Below are positions 50,771-60,986 of a stretch of 64,000 bases of DNA, in pieces (within the stretch, counting starts at the first letter, position 1; each line of letters opens with the position of its first letter). A program made the translations under genes and the position numbers. Under the pieces are notes generated by a model, which had not been told where the DNA came from, ran no database searches, and saw only the letters and a program-made list of their open reading frames with translations. This DNA comes from Myxococcota bacterium (GTDB taxonomy: Bacteria > Myxococcota_A > UBA796 > CAJQPC01), in the NCBI GenBank assembly GCA_036229005.1, contig JAZAMN010000006.1, forward strand, positions 96,001 to 160,000. The letters run 5' to 3'.

Positions 50771-51625
50771 GTGAAGGTCCGTTTCTGGGGCGTCCGTGGA
50801 TCGATTCCGGTCCCGGGTGCAGCGACGCAGCGGTGGGGAGGGAACTCTTCCTGTGTCGAGGTCCGTCACGGCGAGCACGTGCTCGTGCTGGACTGCGGCA
50901 CCGGCGCCCGGGCGCTCGGCCAGGAGCTCTTCTCGCACTCAGGGCGAGAGCTCGACCTGCTGTTCACGCACTTCCACATGGACCACGTGTTCGGGTTCCC
51001 TTTCTTTGGGCCCGTCTACGCTCCCGGCTACCAGGTGCGGGTCACGGCCCCGGGCTTCTCGGAGCCCGAGGTGCGGCAGAAGCTCGCCCGCTTCGTCAAC
51101 GGGCTCTACCACCCGGTTCGGATGCGGGAGATCCCCTGCGATCTCAGCTTCCACCCCCTGATGCCTGGGCGCGAAGTCGATCGCGGGATCTTCAAGGTCC
51201 AGGGCATCCGCCTCAACCACCCGGGCGGCTCCGTTGGCTACCGGGTGCGGGTCGGGGACACCAAGGTCCTGTACATCACCGACACCGCGCCCCTGGCCCG
51301 AGAGGGCGACGGGATCATGGCGGGCAAGGAGTCGCCCTCCAGCGAGCGGCGGCTGCTCAAGCTGATGGAGGGCGCCGATCTGGTGATCTTCGACACCATG
51401 TTCTCCTACGACGAGTACCTGGAGAAGATGACCTGGGGCCACGCGTACCCGGAGTACGCATACAAGCTCTGCACAGAGGCCGGGGTGCGGCACCTCGTCC
51501 TCTTCCACCATGCGCCAGACGCCAGCGACGAGGCCCTCGATGCCCTCGCTGAGCACTGGAGCCAGTTCACCGAGCCGAAGGTGACCTTGGCCCAGGAAGG
51601 GGGCGAGGTGGACCTCGAGGGGTAG
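50771..51625 (+). CDS. MBL-fold metallohydrolase (ElaC/PhnP-like)
   Basis: FWGVRGS, GGNSSC, DCGTG, THFHMDH, HP, TD, WGH, FHH. Confidence 0.9.
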   Translation: MKVRFWGVRGSIPVPGAATQRWGGNSSCVEVRHGEHVLVLDCGTGARALGQELFSHSGRELDLLFTHFHMDHVFGFPFFGPVYAPGYQVRVTAPGFSEPEVRQKLARFVNGLYHPVRMREIPCDLSFHPLMPGREVDRGIFKVQGIRLNHPGGSVGYRVRVGDTKVLYITDTAPLAREGDGIMAGKESPSSERRLLKLMEGADLVIFDTMFSYDEYLEKMTWGHAYPEYAYKLCTEAGVRHLVLFHHAPDASDEALDALAEHWSQFTEPKVTLAQEGGEVDLEG

Positions 51626-51627
51626 GT

Positions 51628-51957
51628 GTGCTCTTTGACACGGTGTGGGCCAGCGGGATCCTCGCGACGGTCTTCATCTGTGTCTGCGGTCTGTGGATCC
51701 CGGGGATCCTGCACGCCATCTGGCGGCAGAGTCTGCGGGTGCGCTGCCAGGCTCTGTCCGACGCTGGCCTGACCCTTGAGCGGGCAGCCGGTCCTCGCCT
51801 GCGGATCCAGGGCGAGCTGGATGGGGTGGCGGTCACGGCGGTCTTGAGAGGTGGGCTGCGGGGTGAGAGGCTGGTCCTTCACCGCTCGGGCCAGACCCTG
51901 CGGGAGCCGCTGGAACAAGACGCGCTCGCGCAGCTTCGTCGACTGATGGCGGGCTGA
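51628..51957 (+). CDS. hypothetical membrane-anchored protein
   Basis: N-terminal TM; 2 nt after MBL stop. Confidence 0.5.
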   Translation: MLFDTVWASGILATVFICVCGLWIPGILHAIWRQSLRVRCQALSDAGLTLERAAGPRLRIQGELDGVAVTAVLRGGLRGERLVLHRSGQTLREPLEQDALAQLRRLMAG

Positions 51958-52083
51958 GTGACCGCGCTCTGGGCGCCTGGGGGTGCCGGGCGGGCCTGAG
52001 ATCCTGAGGGGTCGGCGGGCGTCCATCGCTGGGGCCCGAGTCCGTCCGAGAGAGAGTGCCGGACCCCTCAGGATGAAAAGTGC

Positions 52084-53142
52084 TCAGGCCAGGGCGTGGA
52101 CCTCGCGGGCGCTCTGTCGGCGGGCGTCTCCATCGACGGCGCCTTGTCGCAGGCGGCCCAGGACTTCGCCCAGGCGGGAGGGGGTCTGTTCGCCGGGCAG
52201 GGTGCGGGCCAAGGTGAGGCCAACGCGGGCCTCTTCCAGGTAGGCCAAGGCGTAGTCCTGCAGGGAGCTGAGGCGCTCCTGCTCCAGGTCGAGCTGGTCC
52301 GCGTGGCGCAGCATCTGCTCCAGGTGCCGGGCGGTCGCGAGGCGGCGGTCGCGGGTGAAGTCGTCGCGGGTCTCCTCGATCTCCAGGGTGAGCAGCTCGA
52401 TGCGATCGATGAGGTCGACGCGGTCGATGGACTTGAGCTGCTGCCCGATGGTCTGGAGGGACTGGGCCAGGTTGTAGACCCAGGCGGCGACCTCGGCGAG
52501 GCCGTCCAGGGTGTCGGTGTCGGGGGCCTCGGCGCGGAGCTGGGCGTAGAGCTCCGATGCGCGCTGCACCGGCGGGCGGTAGGGGGCGGCGAGGCGGATC
52601 TTGAGCTCCTGAGCGCCCGGGACGTGCGCCCGAGGCTTCCAGCGCAGCAGGGTCGGGAGGAGGAGGAGAGCGGCTGCGAGGCCCGCGAACACACTCGTCC
52701 CCACCGCTCCGAATGCGGAGGCCGCCCAGACAGCCCCAGACACCGCAGCACCAGCGAGGCCAGCGAGGGCACCATTGGCCAGATCCATCCAGTCGACCTG
52801 GCGACGCTGCCGCACCCAGGTGGTCGCCACCCCCAGCGCCGCGCCGGCCAGGAGCAGGCTGTGGCCCCCCAGCGACGACTCCAGCAGCGCGCCCCCAGCG
52901 GCCACCAAGGGCAAGGTCCAGGCCAGCTTCCACTGGCGCAGGCTCGCGAGCATGGCGCCGAGGCCCAAACCCAGGGCCGGGACCAGCTCGGCGGGGCCGG
53001 GGTGGGGCAGCCAGGGCTCCAGATTCATGAGCAGCGCGTAGCCGCCCGCCATGGCCAGGGCGCAGGCGCCGAACTCGGGGAGGGGGGCGGCCTGGAGGCG
53101 GCCGCTGGCCTGCCAGGGCGTGGTTTCAGCGGAGGTAGCCAC
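52084..53142 (-). CDS. membrane protein with C-terminal coiled-coil bundle
   Basis: About six TM helices then long amphipathic helices; SD AGGAGG. Confidence 0.7.
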   Translation of the reverse strand: MATSAETTPWQASGRLQAAPLPEFGACALAMAGGYALLMNLEPWLPHPGPAELVPALGLGLGAMLASLRQWKLAWTLPLVAAGGALLESSLGGHSLLLAGAALGVATTWVRQRRQVDWMDLANGALAGLAGAAVSGAVWAASAFGAVGTSVFAGLAAALLLLPTLLRWKPRAHVPGAQELKIRLAAPYRPPVQRASELYAQLRAEAPDTDTLDGLAEVAAWVYNLAQSLQTIGQQLKSIDRVDLIDRIELLTLEIEETRDDFTRDRRLATARHLEQMLRHADQLDLEQERLSSLQDYALAYLEEARVGLTLARTLPGEQTPSRLGEVLGRLRQGAVDGDARRQSAREVHALA

Positions 53143-54529
53143 GGTTGTCCTCCTTGGAGCGCTTGATGTTGTAGGAGCCCTCCTCCGACTCGAAGTCGTA
53201 GGAGGTGTAGGCGTCCTGCTGAGACTTGAGGGCGGCCTCCTGCTTGCGCAGGGTGGGGGCGTCGTAGCGGGAGGCGGCCTCGCCAGCGATGAGCTGACTG
53301 GAGGACATCAGGGCCTGGTTGGTCTGGATGTCTCCGGCGGCGTACGCGGCGGCGGCCTTCTGGGCGAGATCCGCTGCCGCGGCCTCATTGCCCACGATGG
53401 CGAGCTCGCGGTTCGCGCTGCGCTCGACCTCACCGGTGTCGGTGGTGCTGATGGCGCTGACGTCGACCTCGGCGACCTGGAGGGGGCCTTCGCTCAGGCG
53501 CACCGTGCTGGCGGTCAGGCGCTCGCCGTCCGCGCCACCATTCACGCGCACCCGGAGCACCACCCGGCGGGTCTCACCCCCGTAGACGTCGCCCAGGAAC
53601 ACGCGCACGCCCGTGTCGGTGCGCTGGGCGTCGTAGCCCAGCACGTCGATGAGCTCGGCGTCCTCCAGGTTGATGTCCAGCCCCACCCCGCGGGCCGCCA
53701 CGGAGTTCATGCGCTGGAGCTCCGCCTCGAAGGCGGCTTGCAGGGACTCGGCGTCGTTGACGAAGCGGTAGGTGCCGCCGGAGGCGTCGGCCATGCTGGC
53801 CAGCAGGTCCTCGTTGTAGTCCAGGCCCAGGCCGATGGTGGAGACCGCGACCCCCTCGTCAGCCCAGGAGCCGGCGGCCCGCGCGAGCTCGGAGGGGGCC
53901 TGGACGCCGACGTTCGCGTAGCCGTCGGAGAGCACGATCACGCGGTCGACGCTCTGGGGGGTGGCGTAGGCGCGGACCTGGTCCTGGCCCATGCGCATGC
54001 CGGCGTGCAGGTTGGTGCTGCCGGCCGGGCGCACCCCGCGGATGGAGCGGTGCAGGCCCGCGGGATCATGGACCTGGGTGCTGGGGACGACCAGGTGGGC
54101 CTCGGAGGAGAAGGACACCAGGGCGAAGCGGTCGTCGTCGTGGAGCGCGTCCACCAGATCCTCGGCGGCCGACTGGGCGTAGTCCATGCGCGCTTGCTGC
54201 CGCATCGAGCCGGAGCGGTCCATGACCACGGCCACGTTGACGGGGGCTCGCTCACCGCCGTCGACCTGGTCCGCGCGCACGGTGATCACCAGCAGGCGCT
54301 CCTGACTGCGCCCGGCCAAGACAGAGGGGTGGTCCAGGCCGGCCTCCAGGTGCAGGTGCTCGCTCTGGGCCACCTCGGTGGGGATGAGGGCCGGCGCCGT
54401 GACGGGCTCGGGGACCGGGAGAACGGGATGTGGTGCGGGTCCTTGGGCCTGGGCGACCCACTGGGGAGCGAGCAGCGCGCCCAAGCCAGCGACGAGACCA
54501 AGGGCGGCGGTGGGGTGCCATCTGCGCAT
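53126..54529 (-). CDS. exported VWA-domain protein (YfbK-like)
   Basis: Signal peptide; MIDAS DRSGSM, GSTNL, LSDG.AN.G, GLGLDYNE. Confidence 0.9.
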   Translation of the reverse strand: MRRWHPTAALGLVAGLGALLAPQWVAQAQGPAPHPVLPVPEPVTAPALIPTEVAQSEHLHLEAGLDHPSVLAGRSQERLLVITVRADQVDGGERAPVNVAVVMDRSGSMRQQARMDYAQSAAEDLVDALHDDDRFALVSFSSEAHLVVPSTQVHDPAGLHRSIRGVRPAGSTNLHAGMRMGQDQVRAYATPQSVDRVIVLSDGYANVGVQAPSELARAAGSWADEGVAVSTIGLGLDYNEDLLASMADASGGTYRFVNDAESLQAAFEAELQRMNSVAARGVGLDINLEDAELIDVLGYDAQRTDTGVRVFLGDVYGGETRRVVLRVRVNGGADGERLTASTVRLSEGPLQVAEVDVSAISTTDTGEVERSANRELAIVGNEAAAADLAQKAAAAYAAGDIQTNQALMSSSQLIAGEAASRYDAPTLRKQEAALKSQQDAYTSYDFESEEGSYNIKRSKEDNRGYLR

Positions 54530-54628
54530 CACGACTCCTGCGGATCTGGTGGTGTCGCAGGGGCAACGATCGCGGATCTGCGACCCTTACACCTTGCGCC
54601 TACTTTTTTTTCGAGGCACTGGGCACTG

Positions 54629-56605
54629 GTGACGCTTCCACTCCTGATCGCGCTGACGCCGCTGCTGGGCACGGGCTGTGCCCCGCACTCGGTGCGGAGG
54701 GTGGAGGCGCTGGCGGCCGTCGCCGACACCGACCCCCACGCGGTGGACAAGCTGGTGAAGGCCCTGCGGGTGCAGGACGAGGCGGTCTGGCATCTGGCCT
54801 ACGCGGAGCTGCTTTCGCTGGGCCCCAAGGCGGCGCCGGCGCTGCGGGACTCGGTGCGCAAGAAGAAGCCGGAGGCGGGCCGCGCCCTCTTGCTGCTGGC
54901 CGAGATGGGGGACCCCGCCCACTTCGACCTGATCGCCGCGGCGGAGCGCGTCCCGTCGCTGAGCGCCTACGCCGAGCAGGCCTGGGTGTTGGCGGAGGCG
55001 CACCTCTACGAGCGGATCGTCGCGGACCCGGACCTGGCGCTGTGCGACGCCTACCTGGAGCACTTCGGGAACGGCCCCGGGGCGCGCCACGTCGAGCAGC
55101 TTCGCTTCGAGCAGGAGGCCTGGCTGGAGCTCAAGGCCCTGGGCCCGCAGGCGTCGGTCAAGGAGCTGGTGGCCTTCATCAAGCGCTGGCGCGGGACCGA
55201 GGCGGACCGCCAGGCCCGCGAGTGGGTGGCGCTCAAGGGCGTGCAGCAGGCCAACCAGCTCATCGACGCAGGGCGCCCCCAGGAGGCTCTGGCGCGGCTC
55301 GCGGACGCGCAGCGCTGGGACCCCGATGTCGACACGCGCGCAGCGGAGGGGCGGGCGCGTGAGGCCCTGGGGCGCGATCTGGCGTCCCGCGAGGACCTGA
55401 GCGCGGCCATCTCGGAGCTGGAGGCCGCCCGGGCGCTGGGCGCGGACAACGCGAACCTCTTGGGGAGCCTCTACCTGGAGCGGGCGCGGGCGCGCTTTCT
55501 GGCCCAGGACCCCGTGGGCGGCATGTCCGATCTCGCCCTGGCGCGAGAGCGTCAGCCCGCGGTATCGCAGGCCGCGGACGCCATCGCGGACCAGCAGGCC
55601 AAGCAGCTCCTGGCAGAGGTCGCGGGGCGTGGAGCTGGCCGCTCGGAGGCCGTGCGCGCCCTGGCGTGGTCAAAGGGGCACCGCGAGGCCCTGGACAGCC
55701 TGGTGCTCGACTCCCTGGCGGCGGGGGATGCGGTGCCCATCGAGGCCCTCGCGGCCTCTTCGCAGGAGCTGGATGCAGACGGTCGGCGGGCGAACAACGC
55801 GGTGATCGATCAGGCCCTGCAGAACAGCCGGTCCCGAGCCTTGGCCTGCCTGGGGCCTGGGAGCGTGGAGCCGCTGCTGGCGCCCGAGCACCCCTGGTCC
55901 CGGGACGCGGAGCTGGAGCGGCAGGAGGCGCTCTCGGAGCTGGTCGCCTTCGAGGTGGCAGTGCGCCTGGCAAAGGGCGAGGTCGCGAGCGGCAGGCGCA
56001 TCCTGGCGCCCCTCCCGCAGGAGGCTGTGCTCAGCGAGGTTGACCTGCAGCGCCTGGCCGAGCGGGGCGGGGATCCCCGGGCCGCCGCGCTCCCGCCGCT
56101 GCATCGGGCGCAGCTCCTTCGCTGGGCCCTGGAGGCGGGTGTCCTGGTGTTGGAGCAGGCCCGCAGCAACCCGGCACCGCTGGCCGGCGCGCTGCTCCAG
56201 AGTGAGCGCCTGCCGGAAGACCTGCTCCAGTGGCGGCAGCTCGTGGAGCGGGGTCGGGTGGGCGGTCAGGTGCCCTTGAACAACACCCGGGCCAGCGCCT
56301 ACGCCAGCCGCCAGGGCGACGTGCTGGACATCTCCTTCCGCCTGAGCGGTCCGGTCGCCAGCCTGAGCGACGCCGCCGTCGGGGACCTGCTGACGGTGCT
56401 CTTTGGGCTCGCGCCGGTGTGCATGCTCGGGGACCTGTCCCTGCGAGGGCTGCGCGTGAGCGTGCAGGACGCGAGCGGGGCCAAGGTGGGCCACGTGGCG
56501 CTGGACCGGCGCAGCTTTGAGCGGATGAACTGGCCCCTGATCGTCAGTGAGGCGCCCTTCACGGCCGACCACGCCATGTTCCTGTTCGACGTGGACCTTC
56601 CCTAG
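54629..56605 (+). CDS. HEAT/TPR-repeat lipoprotein
   Basis: GTG start, LGTGC lipobox, helical repeats; the upstream part of ORF 53051 is antisense to the VWA gene. Confidence 0.7.
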   Translation: MTLPLLIALTPLLGTGCAPHSVRRVEALAAVADTDPHAVDKLVKALRVQDEAVWHLAYAELLSLGPKAAPALRDSVRKKKPEAGRALLLLAEMGDPAHFDLIAAAERVPSLSAYAEQAWVLAEAHLYERIVADPDLALCDAYLEHFGNGPGARHVEQLRFEQEAWLELKALGPQASVKELVAFIKRWRGTEADRQAREWVALKGVQQANQLIDAGRPQEALARLADAQRWDPDVDTRAAEGRAREALGRDLASREDLSAAISELEAARALGADNANLLGSLYLERARARFLAQDPVGGMSDLALARERQPAVSQAADAIADQQAKQLLAEVAGRGAGRSEAVRALAWSKGHREALDSLVLDSLAAGDAVPIEALAASSQELDADGRRANNAVIDQALQNSRSRALACLGPGSVEPLLAPEHPWSRDAELERQEALSELVAFEVAVRLAKGEVASGRRILAPLPQEAVLSEVDLQRLAERGGDPRAAALPPLHRAQLLRWALEAGVLVLEQARSNPAPLAGALLQSERLPEDLLQWRQLVERGRVGGQVPLNNTRASAYASRQGDVLDISFRLSGPVASLSDAAVGDLLTVLFGLAPVCMLGDLSLRGLRVSVQDASGAKVGHVALDRRSFERMNWPLIVSEAPFTADHAMFLFDVDLP

Positions 56606-56630
56606 GCGCTGAGGGCGCGGTCCAGAGGGT

Positions 56631-58097
56631 TCAGTTGGTCGCGGGCAGCCAGACCTCGTGGGCGCCATCCGATGATGAGCGGTGCTTGCGCCAACCGACT
56701 TCAGAGAGGTGGGCCCGAGCGTCCTGAGCGCGCCCTGAGAGCTCCCTCGGGTGCAGGACGATGATGTCGACGCTGGCGGGGATGTGGAGGGCCTCGGGCA
56801 GGGGCTGTTGGGCGAGGGGATCCAGAGCGCGCACGCTGTCCAGGCCGTCGTCGCCCACCTGGCTGACGCTGTTGAAGTCGGGGACCCAGGGGCTGCCCAT
56901 GCCGTGGCCCACCTGCTGGTAGAGGAACCAGCGCGCGCGGGGGCGGCTGCGGTTCATCTGGCCGGGGGGCATGGAGAGGGGGCCGGGGATGTCCAGGAGG
57001 ACCTGGCCGGAGAGGTCGGCGTACACGGGCTCCAGGGTGGAGGGCGCGGCCGGGAGCAGGGGCTCGATGGGGCTGAGCAGCAGGCTCTCGAGCAGGAGCA
57101 GCGGGGTGAGGAGCCAGCCCCAGGACCAGCGCTGCACCTGGGCGCCGGCGAGGAGCGCGAGGCAGAGGAGGGTGCCGGCGTGGAAGCGGTAGGGGAAGCG
57201 GATGGCGCTCAGCGGGGGGAGCTCGAACCAGGGGCCCCACCCGAAGGAGAGGAGGAAGAAGACCCCGGCCGCGGCGGCGATCTTGGGCCACCGCCGGGCT
57301 TGGAAGGCAGCCAGCACAGGCAGGAGAAGCCCCACCCACGAGGTCATCGCGAAGGGGTTCTCACCGGAGAGCACACCGGGCCGCCAGGGGCCGATCTGGG
57401 TGCCCATCGCTCGGCGAATGGCGGGGTCGAGGGGCCCCACGCCGTCGGCGAAGCCCAGGAATCCGGTGAGGCCGGGGAGCGCGACGAGGAGGCCGCCGAT
57501 GGCCAGCGCCCAGGCTCGGGGACCCAGGAAGAGGGCGATGAAGCAGGCGACCGCGCCCAGATACCAGCTCGACAGGAGCGTGAGGCCGAAGGCGAGGATG
57601 GCCCAGCCGCTGCGCCTGGCCTTGAACGCCCAGAGGAAGCAGGCGAGGGTCCAGCCGTCCAGTCCCTCGACGATGCCCTCGACCGCGTAGCCGTGGAAGA
57701 AGGGGCTGCAGGCGTAGGCGGTGGCCGCGAACAGTGCTCCAGGGCCCTTGAGCCCCCAGGCCCGGGCCGCTCCGAAGGCGCAGAGCACGGTGGCCACGCG
57801 GGCGGCGACGACGCTGAGGTTCCAGGTGTGGACGATGCCCAGCCAAGGGAGCAGGGGCGCCGCCAGCCAGCCGTGGAGGGGGCTGGAGTAGTAGAAGGGC
57901 ATGCCCTCGGGGGCGGCGAGCTGGGTGGTGGTCGTGGGCCAGCCGGGCTGGTCGGAGGCGAAGGCCCACAGACCCCAGACGCTGGGGTAGAGGTCGGTCC
58001 AGGGGGACCCGATGAGCTCACCCTGGAGCCACGCGGGGAGGGCGGGGCCGAGGCCCCACAGGACGGCGACGGCGAGCGCCGCCAGCCAGCCCCTCAA
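56631..58097 (-). CDS. polytopic GT-C-like membrane protein (same family as 18430)
   Basis: 'TD....VW.LW', 'P.G', 'SWY', 'RFPYR', 'YQQVGHG', 'LHP'. Confidence 0.65.
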   Translation of the reverse strand: MRGWLAALAVAVLWGLGPALPAWLQGELIGSPWTDLYPSVWGLWAFASDQPGWPTTTTQLAAPEGMPFYYSSPLHGWLAAPLLPWLGIVHTWNLSVVAARVATVLCAFGAARAWGLKGPGALFAATAYACSPFFHGYAVEGIVEGLDGWTLACFLWAFKARRSGWAILAFGLTLLSSWYLGAVACFIALFLGPRAWALAIGGLLVALPGLTGFLGFADGVGPLDPAIRRAMGTQIGPWRPGVLSGENPFAMTSWVGLLLPVLAAFQARRWPKIAAAAGVFFLLSFGWGPWFELPPLSAIRFPYRFHAGTLLCLALLAGAQVQRWSWGWLLTPLLLLESLLLSPIEPLLPAAPSTLEPVYADLSGQVLLDIPGPLSMPPGQMNRSRPRARWFLYQQVGHGMGSPWVPDFNSVSQVGDDGLDSVRALDPLAQQPLPEALHIPASVDIIVLHPRELSGRAQDARAHLSEVGWRKHRSSSDGAHEVWLPATN

Positions 58098-58804
58098 AAG
58101 CCGCCCGAGCCGGAGAGGCCTTCACACTCGACGGTGTAGACCTCGCCCTTGATGTAGCCCTGGGCGTCGACCTCGCCGACGGTGTCGCTCAGGGTGCCGT
58201 TGTAGCCGCCGAGCTTGAGGGTGGCGTGGAGCTGCCCGGAGGCCTGGTCCTCCCAGGCGATGGAGAGGGTCTCCTTGAAGGCCGAGCCGGTGTAGTAGTC
58301 GCCGGTCCAGAAGTAGCCGGAGTCCGCGCCGCTGCCGCTGTACTCCCAGGCGCCCTCGCCGATGGTGCAGGCGATGTTGGCGACCGCGCTGCCGTCGCCG
58401 TTCTTGATGTCGTAGTCCTCGATGGGCGGGGCCCCCACGAGGGTGATGGACACGTTGCAGTGGCCGGGCAGGAAGAGGTCCGTGAGGTCCTGCGAGCCCT
58501 TCTCGGGGTCGTAGACATCCGTGAGCAGATCGCAGCTCGCGGCGGGGTTGGAGCTCGCGTAGATGAAGGTCTTCTTGTCGGTGGAGTAGGAGAAGGCCTT
58601 CACGATGGCGATGTCGGCGGAGAGGGCCGGATCGGTGCGGGTCTCCACGGTGCCGGCGGCGTCGGAGACAGGGGCGTCGGTGTCGGTGTCGCTGTCGGTG
58701 TCCGCGTCAGAGTCGGCGTCGCCCTCGACCTGGGAATCGTCGGTGGCGGTGTCGCCGTCCTTGCAGGCCAGGCTGAGGCTCAAGGCGAGGGTGAGCAGGG
58801 TCAT
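58094..58804 (-). CDS. lipoprotein with DxDxD linker
   Basis: MTLLTLALSLSLAC; GDADSDADTDSDTDTD; SD GGAGG. Confidence 0.75.
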   Translation of the reverse strand: MTLLTLALSLSLACKDGDTATDDSQVEGDADSDADTDSDTDTDAPVSDAAGTVETRTDPALSADIAIVKAFSYSTDKKTFIYASSNPAASCDLLTDVYDPEKGSQDLTDLFLPGHCNVSITLVGAPPIEDYDIKNGDGSAVANIACTIGEGAWEYSGSGADSGYFWTGDYYTGSAFKETLSIAWEDQASGQLHATLKLGGYNGTLSDTVGEVDAQGYIKGEVYTVECEGLSGSGGF

Positions 58805-58823
58805 GGGGTCCTCCGATTCGCCA

Positions 58824-59897
58824 TCATCGCACCTGGGGCGCGGGTTGGGTGCTGGGCTCACCATCCCTTGACCAGAGCTCGCGCAGGCTCATGCCCTCGC
58901 GCCAGAGGGCGAGCAGGCCGAGGGTGGTGACGGGCAGGAAGGAGACGGCCCAGAAGAGCATGGCGAAGGCCTTGGCGCCGGTGGGCTCCACGCTCCAGAG
59001 CAGCATGGTCTGCTCCATCGCGACCTGGAAGACGCCCAGGAAACCGGGGGCCTGGGGGAGCACGACGGCCAGGGCGATGGCGACAGCCGTGAAGCAGGCC
59101 GCGCCGAAGGAGAGGTCGAAGCCGAAGGCGATGAAGAGCAGGGAGATGGCCAGGGCGCCGTTGAACCAGATGCCGGCGGAGATGGCCGCAGCCTTGAGCA
59201 TTCCCGGGAGATCGCGGGCGCTGCCCAGGCCCTGCACGAAGCCGTCGAAGAGGTGGTTGAAGGGCCTGGCGACGGGCTCGGGGGCCAGCGCGGTGATCCG
59301 GTGGAAGAGCCCCTTGGCGGCCTCCCCCTTGGAGGCGAGGACGAAGAAGACGGCCATGGCGGCCAGGGCCGTGGCGCCGAAGATCCCGCCGTAGAGCTTG
59401 AGCTTGTAGACCATCTCGGCGTCGTGGGCGCTGCCGTCGCCGGGCTGCGCGGGGAGCACGATGACCATGGTGATCAGCACGCAGAGCAGGCCGAAGATGT
59501 CGTAGACCCGCTCCATGACCGCGGTCGCGAGCACGGCAGGGAAGGGGACGTTCAGCTTCTTGCTGGCGACCAGAGGCTTGGCGATCTCGCCCGCCCGGGC
59601 GGGGAGCAGGGTGTTGGCGGCGGCGCCGATCAGGATGGCCGAGAGCAGGGGGCCGACGGGGGCGTTGGGGTGCACGGGCTTGAGCAGGATGCGCCAGCGG
59701 AAGGCCCGCATGAAGAACTCGGAGAGCACCAGCAGGCAGGCTCCTGCGACCGCCCAGAGCTTGACCCCCCTCAACGACTCCCAGAGCAGCGGCCACTGGA
59801 CGCCCCACATGAACCAGCCAAAGAGCACGGCCGCCAGGATCAGGCCGATCCACACGGACAAGGTCCAGCGTCTGCGCTTTGGGGGAGGGGAGCTCAC
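58824..59897 (-). CDS. lysylphosphatidylglycerol synthase TM / flippase-like protein (UPF0104)
   Basis: RAFRW..LL, N..LPARAGE, ERVYD, PQAPG.LG. Confidence 0.88.
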   Translation of the reverse strand: MSSPPPKRRRWTLSVWIGLILAAVLFGWFMWGVQWPLLWESLRGVKLWAVAGACLLVLSEFFMRAFRWRILLKPVHPNAPVGPLLSAILIGAAANTLLPARAGEIAKPLVASKKLNVPFPAVLATAVMERVYDIFGLLCVLITMVIVLPAQPGDGSAHDAEMVYKLKLYGGIFGATALAAMAVFFVLASKGEAAKGLFHRITALAPEPVARPFNHLFDGFVQGLGSARDLPGMLKAAAISAGIWFNGALAISLLFIAFGFDLSFGAACFTAVAIALAVVLPQAPGFLGVFQVAMEQTMLLWSVEPTGAKAFAMLFWAVSFLPVTTLGLLALWREGMSLRELWSRDGEPSTQPAPQVR

Positions 59898-59981
59898 GGT
59901 GCGGCAGGCTACCACCCCAGGCCACCCGCAGGGTGCGAGGGGACCGGCCCCGGATTAGGGGCGCCCTCCCCTGGAGGCCCC

Positions 59982-60986
59982 ATGCGCTTTGATGTCGCCG
60001 GTCTGGGCAACGCCCTCGTGGATGCCCTGGTTCAAATCCCCGATGACTCCGTGCTCGAGAAGCTCGGTCTGACCCGCGGTCTGATGCACCCGGTCGACCA
60101 TGAGCGTTGGGAAGAGCTCATGGCCGCGGTCAAGGACTACGGCGTGGAGGTCCACACCGGTGGCTCCTGCGCGAACACCATCGCGGCCCTGGGTCTGATG
60201 GGCCTGGACACCACCTTCTGCGGTCAGGTGGGCGACGATCACCTGGGCCGGCTCTACGCCAAGCGCATGCACGAGGCCTGCGGCCACGAGTGCCTGCACA
60301 CCTCGCACGAGCAGCCCACCGGCAAGGTGCTGGCGCTGATCTCGCAGCAGGACGCCGAGCGCACCATGTGCACCGATCTCGGCGCCTCCGTGCAGCTCCC
60401 CCACATCGGGACCTTCGCCGAGCTGATCAAGGACGCCAAGGTGCTGCACGTCACCGGCTATCTCTTCCTGGGTGGTCCCATGGCGGAGGCTGCCTGGGAG
60501 GCGCTGGAGGTGGCCAAGGCCGCGGGCATCCCCATCTCCCTGGACGTCGCCGACCCCTTCGTGGTGGGCACGGTCAAGGACGCCATGTGGCGCGCGGTGA
60601 AGGACTACGCCGACGTGGTCTTCCTCAACGCGGAGGAGGCCTCGGCCCTGACCGGGCTGGAGCCGCACCAGGCCATCGAGGAGGTCTCCAAGCACGCCCG
60701 CACGGTCATCGTGAAGCTGGGCTCCCAGGGCTCCCTGGTCTGCCACGACGGTGTGGTCGAGCGCGTCGAGGTCCACAAGACCGTGGCCCAGGACACCACC
60801 GGCGCGGGCGACAGCTACGCAGCCGGGTTCTTGTACGGGTTCACCCGCGGGTGGGCCCCCAAGCAGAGCGGTGAGCTGGGCAGCCGGATCGCGGCGCTGA
60901 CCGTGGCCCAGGTGGGCGCGGTGGTCCGGGATCGCGAGGCCCTGGCCGGCCAGATCGCCGCGGTCTCCGGGGTGCTGGCCCTATGA
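59982..60986 (+). CDS. PfkB family adenosine/inosine kinase-like
   Basis: GLGNALVD, GGSCANT, ERTM, FLN.EE, DTTGAGD.YAAG. Confidence 0.92.
   Translation: MRFDVAGLGNALVDALVQIPDDSVLEKLGLTRGLMHPVDHERWEELMAAVKDYGVEVHTGGSCANTIAALGLMGLDTTFCGQVGDDHLGRLYAKRMHEACGHECLHTSHEQPTGKVLALISQQDAERTMCTDLGASVQLPHIGTFAELIKDAKVLHVTGYLFLGGPMAEAAWEALEVAKAAGIPISLDVADPFVVGTVKDAMWRAVKDYADVVFLNAEEASALTGLEPHQAIEEVSKHARTVIVKLGSQGSLVCHDGVVERVEVHKTVAQDTTGAGDSYAAGFLYGFTRGWAPKQSGELGSRIAALTVAQVGAVVRDREALAGQIAAVSGVLAL

Noticed and set aside
50613..52083. Genomic island at tRNA-Arg
   Set aside because: No integrase, no tRNA 3' duplication seen and no obvious compositional shift
53051..54628. First 526 aa of the 1184-aa ORF
   Set aside because: Antisense to the VWA gene; a lipoprotein signal begins at GTG 54629
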